Origin: Eledone cirrhosa
Lineage: Eukaryota
NCBI GenBank assembly: GCA_964016885.1
Contig: OZ024742.1
Span: 33,852,001-33,916,000, forward strand
Length of the DNA stretch: 64,000 nt
Direction of reading: 5' to 3'
Made by a program: the position numbers and the translations under genes. The notes below the pieces were generated by a model. The model saw only the letters and a program-made list of their open reading frames with translations, searched no databases and was not told where the DNA came from. This document shows, piece by piece, positions 14,030 through 28,247 of the stretch; the stretch's first letter is position 1; every line of letters begins with the position of its first letter.

Positions 14030-14214
14030 ACGGTGAATTGGCAGTATCGGTAGAGGGTTGGACGCCATGCTTTCTAGCATAGTTACGTCCCTTTACAGCC
14101 TGAGTTCAAATCCCGTCGAGGTTAACTTTGCCTTTCATCCTTACGGGGTCGATAAAATAAAGTACCAGTAATACACTGGATAATTGCTGGCCTTGTGCCC
14201 AAAGTAGAAACAAT
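14030..14214 (+). mobile_element. tRNA-derived SINE (family A), full length
   Basis: Same consensus as 2251-2431. Confidence 0.85.
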
Positions 14215-14480
14215 ATATTTATTTACCACACCAGATGTATGGAAGCTTCATTGCGTATTTCTTCGTCTACCTCACTTCCGAGCAAATGAAGGAAACCCTA
14301 CGTGGTCGTTTGAAATGTTAAAGATCGCAGTCAAATTCCATTATTTTCTCTCTAACAATTGCTGTCTTATAAAAGACAAGAAGAGCACAATGGCCCATGT
14401 ATTCCTAGATATACAGAACATGGTGGTGATTGTGGGTGAATGTTTCTCTTATTCATAGGCTTGCTCAATTCGTTCTAAAA

Positions 14481-14680
14481 AGGAACGATCGACATTTGTC
14501 AAATCGGACCGAGGAAACAATGTTTCCATTGGTCTTTCCAATTGCTAATACTATCTATCGGTCACAACTCCAGGTAGAAGGAACAACATGAAATAAAGGA
14601 CATAACGCATCGCCCGGTCGGGAATCGAACTCACAACCTTACGATTGCGAATCCAATTCTCTAACCACTCAGCCACACTT
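14481..14680 (-). mobile_element. tRNA-derived SINE (family B)
   Basis: Close match to 3132-3348. Confidence 0.8.
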
Positions 14681-14734
14681 GGAGATAAAAACAACAATAA
14701 CACCGCCCACTACCTTCAACAACAACTGTAACAA

Positions 14735-15101
14735 CTGCATCACCATCATCACGAATAACAATACCACCACCACCACCACCACCACCACGACCACCATCAC
14801 CGTCACCACCACCACCACCACCACCACCACCACCATCATCACCATCACCATCACCATAACCCCCCCCCCGTCACCACCACCATCACCATCAAATTACCCC
14901 CCACTCCTCCTCCACCATCACCACCAAATGCCACCACCACCACCACCATCACCACAAAATGCCACCACCACCACCATCACCACAAAATGCCCCCCCCCCA
15001 ATCACCCCATCACCACCAAATGCCACCACCACCACCACCACCACCACCGCCACCACCGCCACCACCACCACCACCACCACCACCACCACCACCACCACCA
15101 C
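14735..15101. repeat. (CAC)n/(CAT)n trinucleotide tract
   Basis: Direct reading. Confidence 0.95.
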
Positions 15102-15336
15102 AATTTTCTATCTAGTTTCAATTCTTCCCACCCATTACACACGCTCAACTGATTTCATCATCACTGATAGAAAGCTATTACCTATCACAGCCGTATCTTC
15201 GTATCCTAACATAGCTGTCTCTACATAGACCAGTCAATAAACCTGCTTCATCATAAATCTCACCGACTTCATCTTATTGATTTCTACCGCCTACATCTTA
15301 TTACAGCTGCCGTCGAAATTTATTTCTCTCTCAATA

Positions 15337-15368
<32 letters not shown>

Positions 15369-15384
15369 CACCACACACACACAC

Positions 15385-15424
<40 letters not shown>

Positions 15425-15433
15425 CACACACAC

Positions 15434-15517
<84 letters not shown>

Positions 15518-17639
15518 TATATTTATATATATATATATATAATATATATATATATGGAGAGTGAGAGAAAGAAATATATATATATATAGAGAGAGAGAGA
15601 GACACACACACGCATACACACATGCACACACACACACATGTTTAAATTATGTATATTTTCGTTTGAAGCTGAGGATTTGTATATAATTGAATGCAGGATA
15701 ACTTTCTGCATATACATTATTTTTACAATCATTTTTTTTTACGTGACTTTGTCGGAGAAGGAAGAGTGGTACCATGACCATTACTTCCGGTCTTAAAGAC
15801 TGTTGGAAGCAAGGGAGGAAGTTATCCTCAGATCACAGGCTCGGCTTGAATTCCTAGAACATATTAAACTCCAGTAATGGCATACACACTCCAGGTAGTG
15901 TTGCTAAACTGGCAGGCATATTAAGTCTACCACACAAAAACAGAGGACATTCCCTTCAACAAGCTTCCGCACGATTTGTGTTTGTGAATTTACTTTGTTG
16001 AATCTGATACAATGCTCTTGTCGCGATGTTGAGCCTAACCCCGAATTGCGTAGTTTAAAAGATTATGGCGTCCTACTTCACGATGGAAAGGAAAACATAC
16101 ATTTGCACCTATGAACTGGAAAATACTTTAACGAATTTTCGCTTAAATCACCGACCTTGCCTCATTTCATTGAAGTCATCCTAACATTTTTTACCTGGTC
16201 CCCGACTGATCGTTTTTCCCCATGTTTAATGCGGTTCTTCTCTTTCCCTTCTGCCGTCTCTCGTCCAACAGAGTACATTCCAAAGAAAGCTTCAATCCCG
16301 TCTGTGGATGTATTCCACCTATCTCTATCGTGACAACCATATAAAGTGTTCAATTGTTGTTATATTAGCAAAATGTCTCACTGTCTCGTTGGCCACATGA
16401 GCTAGACACCTGATTCCTAATAGAGATAAAACTAATTACTGTTCAATCCTATGGACTATTCCACAGCAGGGTGGAGTAGTGTCGCCTTTGAAATTCGCAA
16501 GGAGATATTTAGGCGTGTCGGAAACTCGGAATTGTTTCATTCTTCATTTTTAATATACGATGCACGATGTGGAGTTTCTCTGTGAGACTTATCTCCAGCT
16601 AGTCCTTGCACAATGTATGAAAGCCTTATTGTGTACTTCTTCTATCTCATTTCCCAGCCAACAAAGGAAGCTTTACGTGGTCGATTGAACTGTTAGAAAT
16701 CGCAGTTAAAATCCCTTAATTTCCTTTAAATTTTACTTTAACCGTTCTAAAGTGCCCAAATTCTTTCCTGAGAGTTTTAAAGAAGACCATCATTATGCAA
16801 AATAGATGGAAACAGGCAATCTATCCGGCGGACACTGTTTGAAGTCACTTTATTACTTTCAACCTCCTGGACTTGTACGGCAAACGAGCTTTAACAAATC
16901 GCTAGTTATTTCATATACACACAAACGTACAAACACACACACACAAACACCTGTGTATGTATGCATATATATATTATATTACGTATATAAACACACGGAT
17001 TGGCGCGCACTCGTACGCACAGACACATGCACCCACATACACATATAAAAAAATTCGTACACTCATACACACACAAGTCCATACACTTAGGCAAGCATAA
17101 TTGACGAGTAAAGGTCTATGAATTTATATCTCGTTTATTCTAATCTATATAAGATATATAGTAGTTATCTCCCTTCCTTCCCCATTAAGCAATAATGAAT
17201 CACCGCCGAATTCCCAGTAAATGAGATATATTGCTAGCGATTATTTATGATTTTTAAGAATGAATAATACTTAATGGATCCACGTTTGGATAATAAAAAA
17301 AAAAAGTGATGAGTCCTGGACTGTGACATGCTTTCCGTAATGAACGTTACGAAATCATTATAGTAATGGACGGTTTCCAGTGGATATCACTGTCGCCAGT
17401 AAAGGAATATCATCATCATCATCATCATCTTCTTTTTCGTCGTCATCGTCGTCGTCCTCGTCGTCTTCGTCGTTATCAACTTCATCATCATTATCATAGT
17501 CAGCACTATCATTATAATAATCATCATCATCATCGTATTCATCGTCGTTATCAACCGATATCGTCACCCCTTCCTCCTTCACATCATCATCATTGCTATC
17601 TACATCAATATCATGCATATCATCTTGGTGATATACCTT

Positions 17640-17955
17640 CATATCAGTCGCTCTCCGACAGGTTTGTGGTCGAACCAGTGGCAGTGGAGACTCTTCATGT
17701 CCTTGGCTCTAGGGCCACCTCCCTGCTCACCACAATCGGCACAGGGTTGGCTACCCGCAGATGTGAGCCTCGCGAGCAAGTATGGCTCTTACAGCACGTC
17801 TCCCTCATCCTCCTCAGTGGAATTGTCTTCTCTATTCTGGACCTTGGGTCGCCAGCGAGTGGCCCCCCTTTGCTGACAATAGTGAGAGATGGAGAGAGCG
17901 AGAGGGGCGGAGGTAGTGACAGTGGGAGTTTGGTTCTTTTGTGTTCGGTCCTCGT
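17640..17955 (+). pseudogene. CRE-clade non-LTR element 3' fragment (RLE C-terminus)
   Basis: YQSLSDRFVVEPVAVETLHVLGSRATSLLTTIG...EPREQVWLLQHVSLILLSG resembles the CRE 'F.P.A.ET.G..G..A......IG......R...L.Q..S....GN' tail. Confidence 0.7.
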
Positions 17956-17956
17956 G

Positions 17957-17987
<31 letters not shown>

Positions 17988-18119
17988 GAATATATATGTA
18001 TATATGAATATATATGTATATATGAATATAAAGTTGTTTTTTTCTTTGTCTCTATATATATCTCACTGAGCCCCCCCTCTCTCTCTGCTATCACCAACAA
18101 CAAAAACAACAACAACAAC

Positions 18120-18217
<98 letters not shown>

Positions 18218-18679
18218 ACTGTTTTTACTGGTCACATGGGTGACGGATGAGGGGACAGAACAAAAACATACTACAAAAACAAACAAATAAACAAACACAA
18301 CGTCGATAGTTTTCGTAGAAACAGTTATTGGACGAAAACGGATCTGGGAAATACACTGCACAATAAATTTAATATTATCTTTTGACTAATTGAATAAATC
18401 ACATTTTAAGGCATAAATAAAATATATATCACACGGGGACGTGTTGTTTTCGTAGAAGTGCAGCCCGGAGCGTCCTCTACCGGAGAGTAAATAAATAACA
18501 CTATCTGAATTGATCTAGATTATATTTACACTCGGGAGAGTAAAATCACTTGGTGGAAAAGAGAAAGCATTGACACTTTGTAAATTCGACTTCCCATATG
18601 TATTACTTATGTATTCTGTGGAATTTCTACTCTAATTGGTCTAAGTATAGCTAAAACTGTATTTATTGATGCAGCAACT

Positions 18680-18753
<74 letters not shown>

Positions 18754-18780
18754 ACATACACACACACATATATATATATA

Positions 18781-18958
18781 ATTGTTTCTACTTTTGTCAC
18801 AAGGCCAGCAAATACCCAGTACATTACTGGTACTTTATTTTATCGACCCCGTAAGGATGAAAGGCAAAGTTAACCTCGGCGGGATCTGAACTCAGATCAT
18901 AAAGGGACGTAACTCTATGATTCATAGCATGGTGTCCAACTCTCTACCGATACTGCAA
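18781..18958 (-). mobile_element. tRNA-derived SINE (family A)
   Basis: Consensus match. Confidence 0.85.
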
Positions 18959-19084
18959 TAAATTATCGAAGCTTGGTGTGTTTGAAATTCTAAATTACGT
19001 GAAAACTGAAATTTATAGTCGATCACTATAGAGAAGAGCCGAGAAAATTCATGTATATATGTATATATATATATATATATATAT

Positions 19085-19797
<713 letters not shown>

Positions 19798-20364
19798 TAT
19801 ACATATATATATATATATATATGAATTGAGAGAGACGTGGCTATGTGGTTACTGATAACGAGTGTTAGAAAGTAAGGTGACACAAACAAGAGATGGACAT
19901 TTTCCCTTCATCAGTTCTCTACTACGGGTCACGGATGTTTCAGCGCATTACAGGCAATACATCTATCCATAGCGCGCACGTAGCCATTTATCTATCAAAA
20001 AGCCATGAGGGAAAGAAACGATAACGAAGAAAGAGAAAGAAAGAAAAAAAAGAAAAAAGGAGAAAAAAATGAAAAAAAGGAAGAAAACATAGCGAAAACA
20101 CAGGACAGTGGCCCATGTAAGTAAGTAATCGAGAAGAAATAGGACGAAGTTAAAAATGGCTTTATATATATATATATATATCAGGATTAAACCAGTATTA
20201 AACTAGTTAGACCATTATTCAACAGAGTCCTCGATACTTGGGACAGTAGAGCGTGAATATGTTAGATAATGTCGGGGCCCAACGACCGAGCTCTTGCAGA
20301 TTCGACAGCTAGTTCCAGACTGTTCACAGAACAGCACCGTTACACATACTGCGAGGGGCCTCTA

Positions 20365-20480
20365 TTGTTGCAGAGTCTGTGCAAGGGTGGCAAGTCACTA
20401 ACAGGACTAAAAATCCACGTCTGTGCTGCTCATGGTTAAGTATCAAGCAATAACCTTATTCGAAATCGAGTTGCAGCCAA
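20365..20480 (+). pseudogene. RTE-type LINE 3' end (C2H2 finger remnant and stem-loop) followed by (CAT)n
   Basis: CRVCARV/KSLTGLKIHV.AAH and ttcgaaatcgag...gcagcca; similar to the 3' end of the 644-bp unit. Confidence 0.6.
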
Positions 20481-20526
<46 letters not shown>

Positions 20527-20728
20527 TTCATCATCATCATCATCATCATCAACATCATGATCACCACCATCACCACCATCATCATCATTATCATCATCAT
20601 CATCACCCCATCATCATCCCCATCATCATCATCATGATCATCATCATGATCATCATCATCATGATGATGATGATGATCATCATCATGATCATCATCATCA
20701 ACATCATCTATACGTATATATATATATA

Positions 20729-20799
20729 TTGGGTCGTCAAGTATGAAATTTGTAGAAATTATTTTTTTTCTACAAAGCGCTACAAATTTCATACTTGAC

Positions 20800-20803
<4 letters not shown>
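20729..20803. mobile_element. Tiny Tc1/mariner-type MITE in (TA)n
   Basis: TIRs ttgggtc(gtc)aagtatgaaatttgtag and ctacaaatttcatacttgacccaa with TA flanks. Confidence 0.55.
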
Positions 20804-20834
<31 letters not shown>

Positions 20835-20889
20835 GCTTACGCACGTGCAGAAGTATAACTCTTTTTACAAAACTTTTTTTTTCCATTTC

Positions 20890-21195
20890 AGGTAGACGCG
20901 CTCCATCACCCATCCGCTTTTCTAAAAAAATAAATCATACACAAAACGCCAGCACCAACAGTTTTTCAAGAGAAGTCAACATGAATAGACCTGTTATTTT
21001 TATCTAAAGACATTTTTTCCAATTCCAACCCGCTCGTCCCCTCAATCTATATTATTTCTCATTCTTTCTTCTGATGAAGTACTAGCGTCCGAAACGTTAA
21101 GACCCTCTTCCTGCTATATCAAGCGTTAACCTAATATATCCCTTCCATATACTGTACCGATTGTGTTGTTATTTCTGTTTACCTTTTACATACAT
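20890..21195 (+). mobile_element. PLE 3' end with HHR at 21067-21102 (family C)
   Basis: Homologous to 5010-5245; KRSQHE*TCYFYLKTFFP precedes the HHR. Confidence 0.65.
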
Positions 21196-21547
21196 AGATA
21201 CATACATACATATATATATATATAATTCCGATTTAAGAAACAACTTTGATTGGCGAATGAAAGGAATCAAATATAGGACGGCTATGAATGGCCAAAAATA
21301 CTGATGACGTGTACAATTCTTGACCACTCATAGAATGACAACAGCATCGAAGCTGCAGAGTGAGGGCCGCGGGTGAAACTGGACATTTGGAAACTCTGCT
21401 TCGTAGAATCGAGACGTATCTGAGAATCTTACGATTTCAAAGTCTGGTTCGATCATTACATTGATTGTGCCTCGAGCTGGTCGCCAGAGAAACGATTGTA
21501 ATATGTCTAATAAATTTTATTCGTCGCAACATTGATTCTCCGTTTCT

Positions 21548-21616
<69 letters not shown>

Positions 21617-21622
<6 letters not shown>

Positions 21623-22390
21623 TAACAGATTAAAGTTTAAGCAAAGAATCGCTGCTTTCACCCTTAACGTTTATTTAATTATGTATACACGCACACATAT
21701 ATGTATATATATATATATTTTATATATATATTTATGTGTATTTGGTGTATACGTTCGTATGTGTGCGGGTAATGGCGTTGCGTAGGTTCTGTATGTGGGT
21801 GCGTGTTTTTTTGTGCACGTGCTGGTATTTGCATACCCATGGCGAGTGTTTTCGCGTATGCTTGTCTTTGTACGTATTTGGATGCGTGTATGTATATATT
21901 TAATTTAAATTACCTCTGTATTTAATTTACTTTATTCTTAACTCTGAAGCCAAGAATCATTCGGTTTCCTAAATAGAATTAGAGTTATACCATTTACGCG
22001 GTTTTGTCTTTGCGTATAATTGTTCTCCCCCCGCTCCACATAATGACGTGTTATCTTCGTTTTTTTCCGTTCATTACCAGAGAACGTCTCCATGAACGAC
22101 CAAATAGAATATTAGTCTCCGACTTCTTTTATACCATAAACGTGGTTTTGTCTTTGCGTCTAATTGTTTTCACCGCACCAAACAATGACGTATTATTTTC
22201 GTTTTTTTTTTCGTTCTTTGCCAGGGAACGTTTCCACGAACCAAAGTATCGTCTTCTTGTCTTCCTTCGGTTGCAACGTTTTTTTTTAATATTTACTTCT
22301 GCGTTCACAGATTGACTTTTTTAGTTTCAGAAGATCCCGTTAAGGGCGAAAGCAGCGATTCTTTGCTTCAACTTTAATCTGTTATTACTA
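21617..22390 (+). mobile_element. (TA)n-flanked element with a ~47-bp inverted copy of its 3' end; degenerate HHR at 22328-22351
   Basis: taacagattaaagtt...cccttaacg pairs with cgttaaggg...ctttaatctgtta. Core reads CAGAAGA tCCC gttaa GGGc GAAA. Confidence 0.6.
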
Positions 22391-22402
22391 TATATATATA
22401 TA

Positions 22403-22490
<88 letters not shown>

Positions 22491-22558
22491 ATAAATGGAA
22501 CAAACAAAACATAGGAGGCAATTAAACACACACATATATATATATATATATAAATATA

Positions 22559-22800
22559 TAGAAGTGGTTACACAACAGTTAGTTCACCATACCGAGAACA
22601 ATTGTTTCACCTTCGCGGATCTTCAGCTCGGGATGTGTATGGTTATAGGAATACACATCCCGAGCTGAAGATCCGCGAAGGTGAAACAATTTTTCTCGGT
22701 ATGGTGAACTAACTGTTGTGTAACCACTTCTACCTAACTCGTCCCTTGGACTGAGTGCTCTACCACGACGGTTATTACCTTCCAGTGTTCCACCACTATA
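22559..22800. mobile_element. Fold-back element, family A, with HHRs at 22592-22631 (-) and 22660-22699 (+, G>T in stem III)
   Basis: ~90-bp inverted arms; homologous to 215-452 in the opposite orientation. Confidence 0.85.
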
Positions 22801-22808
22801 TATATATA

Positions 22809-23014
22809 TATAATATTAAACGAAAAATCAGTGATGCATCTGAACTCAATTTATTGTGTGTTACAATTGTTTCGCCGACGAAACAATTGTAACACACAAT
22901 AAATTGAGTTCAGATCCATCACTGATTTTTCGTTTAATATTATATCATACTCTGCTCTGTAAGAACATAGAGTGCCCAACCGGCATACCGCCTATGGAAG
23001 CATATTAGATACCA

Positions 23015-23015
<1 letters not shown>
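22809..23015. mobile_element. Fold-back element whose apex is an HHR 3' half
   Basis: tacaattgtttcg-ccga-cGAAAC AATT GTA acacac AATAAA, with ~65-bp arms. Confidence 0.75.
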
Positions 23016-23113
<98 letters not shown>

Positions 23114-23367
23114 AGTGTGTGTTTGTGTTAATGGAAATACTACAATGAAATTAGAGTAAAAATTCAATCCCCGCAACATGCGTTAAGGGATTTCTAGAAA
23201 TACATAAATACATTAACACATCTCCTAGCATTCATTTGTATTCTTCACACCCTCTCACTTCAGCAAGAATGGCCGCAGAAAATAACTGAACATTTATATT
23301 CTTTCTTTGTGTTCATCCTTGTCGTCATATTAAAAATATTACCAAAACTAATCCCACCGCCACTCCC

Positions 23368-23418
<51 letters not shown>

Positions 23419-23564
23419 TTACTACTACTACTACTACTACTACTACTACCGCTAATAAATGTATGAATGCAGATGACTAGATAGATAAATCTATTGCAAT
23501 AGATTTAGAATTGATTTAAATTCGTATATACACACATATATTCATATATATATATATGTATATA

Positions 23565-23674
<110 letters not shown>

Positions 23675-23691
23675 TATATGTATATACATAC

Positions 23692-23730
<39 letters not shown>

Positions 23731-23759
23731 GGATGAGGTGTTAAAGTTTCATTACTTTT

Positions 23760-23892
23760 GTACGTCCCTTTACGATCTGAGTTCAAATCCTGCCGAGGTT
23801 AACTTTGCCTTTCATCCTTACGGGGTCGATAAAATAAAGTACCAGTAATGCACTGTGTAATTGCTGGCCTTGTGCCAAAAGTAGAAACAATT
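23760..23892 (+). mobile_element. 5'-truncated SINE (family A)
   Basis: Consensus match. Confidence 0.8.
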
Positions 23893-23899
23893 ACATTTG

Positions 23900-23937
23900 T
23901 TGAGGTGTGACGCGCGTTTCGCGATTCATCAGCTCAA
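23900..23937 (-). ncRNA. Ultra-short HHR-like motif (family G)
   Basis: TTGAG CTGATGA atcgc GAAAC GCGC GTC acac CTCAA; stem II is essentially absent. Confidence 0.55.
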
Positions 23938-24095
23938 GGTTCGATCTGTATTGATCGGGTCCGACTCTAGAATCAACACCTCGTCCATATTACTATTATT
24001 ATTACTCTGCTTATACAACACTTAGTACAACACCTACTGGAGACTACGTATTGATTGCTCACTTTAGTGAGCACTTGACCTTACAATCCCTAAAC

Positions 24096-24137
<42 letters not shown>

Positions 24138-24422
24138 GGGGTGTAGATATTCATGTATGCATATTATTACATAATTATGTAGCCACATATATTTATACAA
24201 GTCTAATTCTGTATTTAAATACTGTTCACTAATCTTCAACCTGTGCCAAGGAAGGTTTATACATTGTTTTATCAGTTATAAAACATTGCATTTAATTAAA
24301 CATCCTTGGCGAAACTTCAGAGGACCAGACAACGTTTTTAAAATAAATATTTGATTTGATATTCATGTATGTATTAACGTCTGTTGTTCTTAGTCTCTAA
24401 GTTTTACATTTTATATATTAAT

Positions 24423-24609
24423 AATTGTTTCTACTTTTGGCACAAGGCCAGCAATTACCCAGTACATTACTGGTACTTTATTTTATCGACCCCGTAAGGA
24501 TGAAAGGCAAAGTTAACCTCGGCGGGATTTGAACTCAGATCATAAAGGGATGTAACTATGCTGGAAAGCATGGCGTCCGACCCTCTACCGATACTGCCAA
24601 TCCACCGCC
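24423..24609 (-). mobile_element. tRNA-derived SINE (family A), full length
   Basis: Consensus match starting ggcggtggattggcag. Confidence 0.88.
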
Positions 24610-25174
24610 CTCCTTTATATATTAATAATACACTGTTATAACTCTCCGCCTTGTGAAGATTAAATATGTATGTATGCATATATGTATACATGGTTGTATG
24701 CATATATGTATAGTTATTTCTTTGTAAGTATGTCTCTGTGTATGTATGTGTGCATGTATGTATATTTATTTGTTTGTAAGTATGTATGTGTATGTATGCA
24801 TGTTTCTGTGTGAAAAGAAATGGCATTGCCTTTGTGTACGTATGTATGTATGCATGTATGTATGTAGGTATGTATGCATGTATGTTTGTATGTATGTATG
24901 TATGCATGTATGTATGTATGTATGTATGTATGTATGTATGTATGTATATATGCATGTATGTATGTATGTATGTATGTTTGTATGCATGCATAAATACGTA
25001 TCGATTCTTCGCATACATGTATGTAAGGGGATAGAGCTACATATAATGTAAGCAAAATTATATTAAAAATTATATTAAAAATTACACAACAAAACGTGAC
25101 AGATAGACAGAAATGTTAAAATATGTTAACGAATAAACAGATTATATACATACATGCATATATATATATACACA

Positions 25175-25244
<70 letters not shown>

Positions 25245-25247
25245 AGC

Positions 25248-25280
<33 letters not shown>

Positions 25281-25349
25281 TATATACATATATCTATATA
25301 TATATATATACACATATATATACATATATATTTATATACATATATATAC

Positions 25350-25397
<48 letters not shown>

Positions 25398-25415
25398 GTA
25401 TATAATTATGTCTAC

Positions 25416-25493
<78 letters not shown>

Positions 25494-25933
25494 GTAATTA
25501 GTTTATTAAATTATATAGTACGTGCTAAATTAGAGTTTCGAGGTAAATTAAAATAAGCTGAAGTGGTAATAATATAAATACACCAACAGTAATTTAAATA
25601 AACGAAAACCGAAGCTACAGAATTAGATTTTCGAAGAAAATTAAATTATTGAAATTAATACTTGTTTTTTGCAAGCACACTTTTTTACACCTTTCATTTC
25701 TCTCTCTCTCTTTTTTTCTCTCTCTGCCCTCTCTCTCCTCCCACTGACAGTATCTCTTTTACCTATATACTTCATTCCATTCATATTTTTAGTCTCAGCT
25801 CCCAATACCTCTCAATCATTTTGCCTCGATTATTTTACGTAATTCACTTTTAAAAAAATCTGTGCATATATTTCTATATATCTATCGATCGATCTTTGAG
25901 TTTCACCCTTTATTCCCTCTCTTCATATATATA

Positions 25934-26028
<95 letters not shown>

Positions 26029-26071
26029 AATATATATATATGCATATGTATATATATATGCATATATATAT

Positions 26072-26148
<77 letters not shown>

Positions 26149-26310
26149 CATATATATATGCATACATTTATATATATATATACATATATATATATATGCA
26201 TATGTATATGTATATATATATTTATATATGCATATATAGATATACAATATATATATACATATATGCATATATATATATACATATATATATATATGCATAT
26301 ATATATATAT

Positions 26311-27050
26311 ACATTATGAAGAGAGAAGAAAAATTTAGATATAATTAGTAATAAGATGTATCATACCTAAACTCAACTCAACTCAAGGATGGATGTGGAT
26401 ATATTCATGTATATGTGTGTGTCCGCATGTATCTGTGTGTTTCTCAATATATTGTTTATAACTCCCCCTGGTCGAGTAATCTTTGAAGTGTAGTGACTGT
26501 TGGAAAGCTTTCATTACTCATACTTCTCGCCTCCTTAACCACCTCTTCTACGGCCTCGATATAAATACCCTCTCCGCCTCCGTGGTATTTTTTTCAGGGT
26601 TATAAGGGGCTTAGCTCTGTTTCTTGACCGTTGTATCACGTGACTGACTCCCCCTCCGCCTTTTGGGATTCTATCTCACATCTTATAGACGTGTTCTTGA
26701 AGCTAGTAAAATGAGGTATCCTCTTGATAAGTCGGCAGACCTCACAAAGGCTCTATATCTTTATGATGTATTGTGTTTGATTATGCCACGAAACTACGTA
26801 GTCGAGGAATCTAGAAGCAGTTTAGGTATGATACATCTTATTACTAATTATATCTAAATGTTTCTTCTCTCTTCATAATGTACTTTTAGCTCTGATACTG
26901 GTTCAGTCTAATCCATTCAGATTGGTTTGTCCCAGTTATTCATAGAGCAACATCGGTTAAGGTTGGCACCATTAACTCAAGGATGGATGTGGATATATTC
27001 ATGTATATGTGTGTGTCCGCATGTATCTGTGTGTTTCTCAATATATTGTA
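26311..27050 (+). mobile_element. 594-bp unit with a ~75-bp terminal direct repeat and a 5' inverted segment; degenerate HHR at 26719-26808
   Basis: actcaaggatggatgtgg occurs at 26381 and 26975. 26311-26373 is the reverse complement of ~26819-26882. HHR reads TCCTC TTGATAA GTcGGCA...TGCCAC GAAAC TACGTA GTC GAGGA. Confidence 0.8.
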
Positions 27051-27088
27051 TATATATATATATGCATATATGTATATATATATGCATA

Positions 27089-27170
<82 letters not shown>

Positions 27171-27178
27171 CATATATA

Positions 27179-27222
<44 letters not shown>

Positions 27223-27230
27223 CATATATA

Positions 27231-27299
<69 letters not shown>

Positions 27300-27302
<3 letters not shown>

Positions 27303-27960
27303 GTAGGAGGTGAGTTTTATTGTAGTACAATAAAGCAATGCAGATATCGGATAATGATTTTCAAATTCCTTTAATTTATATATTATCTTCCAACGGTTCC
27401 CAACCTCTCTATATTAAAACATTATATCTTTTTCTCAGTTATAAAAACTATCTCTTTCTCTCTATCACCCATCTCTCCCTTTCCACCTTCACTCTCATCT
27501 CCTCCCCTTTTTTTCATCCTTTCCACCCCCACCCCTCCCTAAATATAATATATTTTTTCCTCGCACATATCCTCCCTTCGTTAATTTTCAAAACTTTTAA
27601 TTTATACAGTATCCTCCAACGGTTTTCAACCCCTCTATATAAAATATATCTCCTCTCAGTTATAAAAACTATCTCTTTCTCTCTATCACCCATCTCTCCC
27701 TCTCATCTCCTTCCCTTTTCATCCTTTTCTCTCCCCCCCTCTCTAAATAAAATATTTTTCCCAATATCACACATCAATCTAAAACCACTTTTCATATGTT
27801 GATTTAAAACTGCACTATCAACAAGTGTTTTTTTAGCCTTCATATCATGTTCTCCTGTTTTATCTGATGAAAACACAAATATTATTGTTTGATGATGTTT
27901 GTTTTTGAAATGCGCATAATAAAATATATTGAACTCCTTTAACCATCTTTTGATCTCATA
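27300..27960 (+). mobile_element. Family I element with HHR at 27858-27924
   Basis: TTTTAT CTGATGA AAAcACAAATATT...GATGTTTGTTTTt GAAA TGCGCA TA ATAAAA. Confidence 0.8.
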
Positions 27961-28059
27961 TTATATATATATATATATATATATATAAGTATGTATACGT
28001 ACATACATATATGTATACAGCAGTATGTATATACATACATACATGCACACATATATATA

Positions 28060-28220
28060 TGTACGTATGGGTTTACCGAACATTTATCATAATGTTCGGT
28101 TTGTTTGTAAACAGACAGCCTGAATTAAGCCGTACAGTGTTCGGCAACCATCGTTGCCCTTTTGTTCAACACTGACAAAGGAACGATGAACTAGTTTCTA
28201 GCTTCTTAGCTGTCATCATA
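28060..28220 (-). mobile_element. Short (TA)n-flanked element starting inside an HHR core
   Basis: The minus strand reads (TA)n-TGATGA cAGCT aaga AGCTa GAAAC TA GTT. Confidence 0.6.
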
Positions 28221-28247
28221 TATATATGCATATATATATATATATAT

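Noticed and set aside
14030-14120. SINE heads as tRNA genes
   Set aside because: A/B boxes are present but there is no full cloverleaf, and they continue into a multi-copy SINE body.
14679-15228. Poly-T/P/H ORFs, and poly-D/H/M ORFs at 17358, 20436 and 50748
   Set aside because: Trinucleotide repeats with no splice or domain support.
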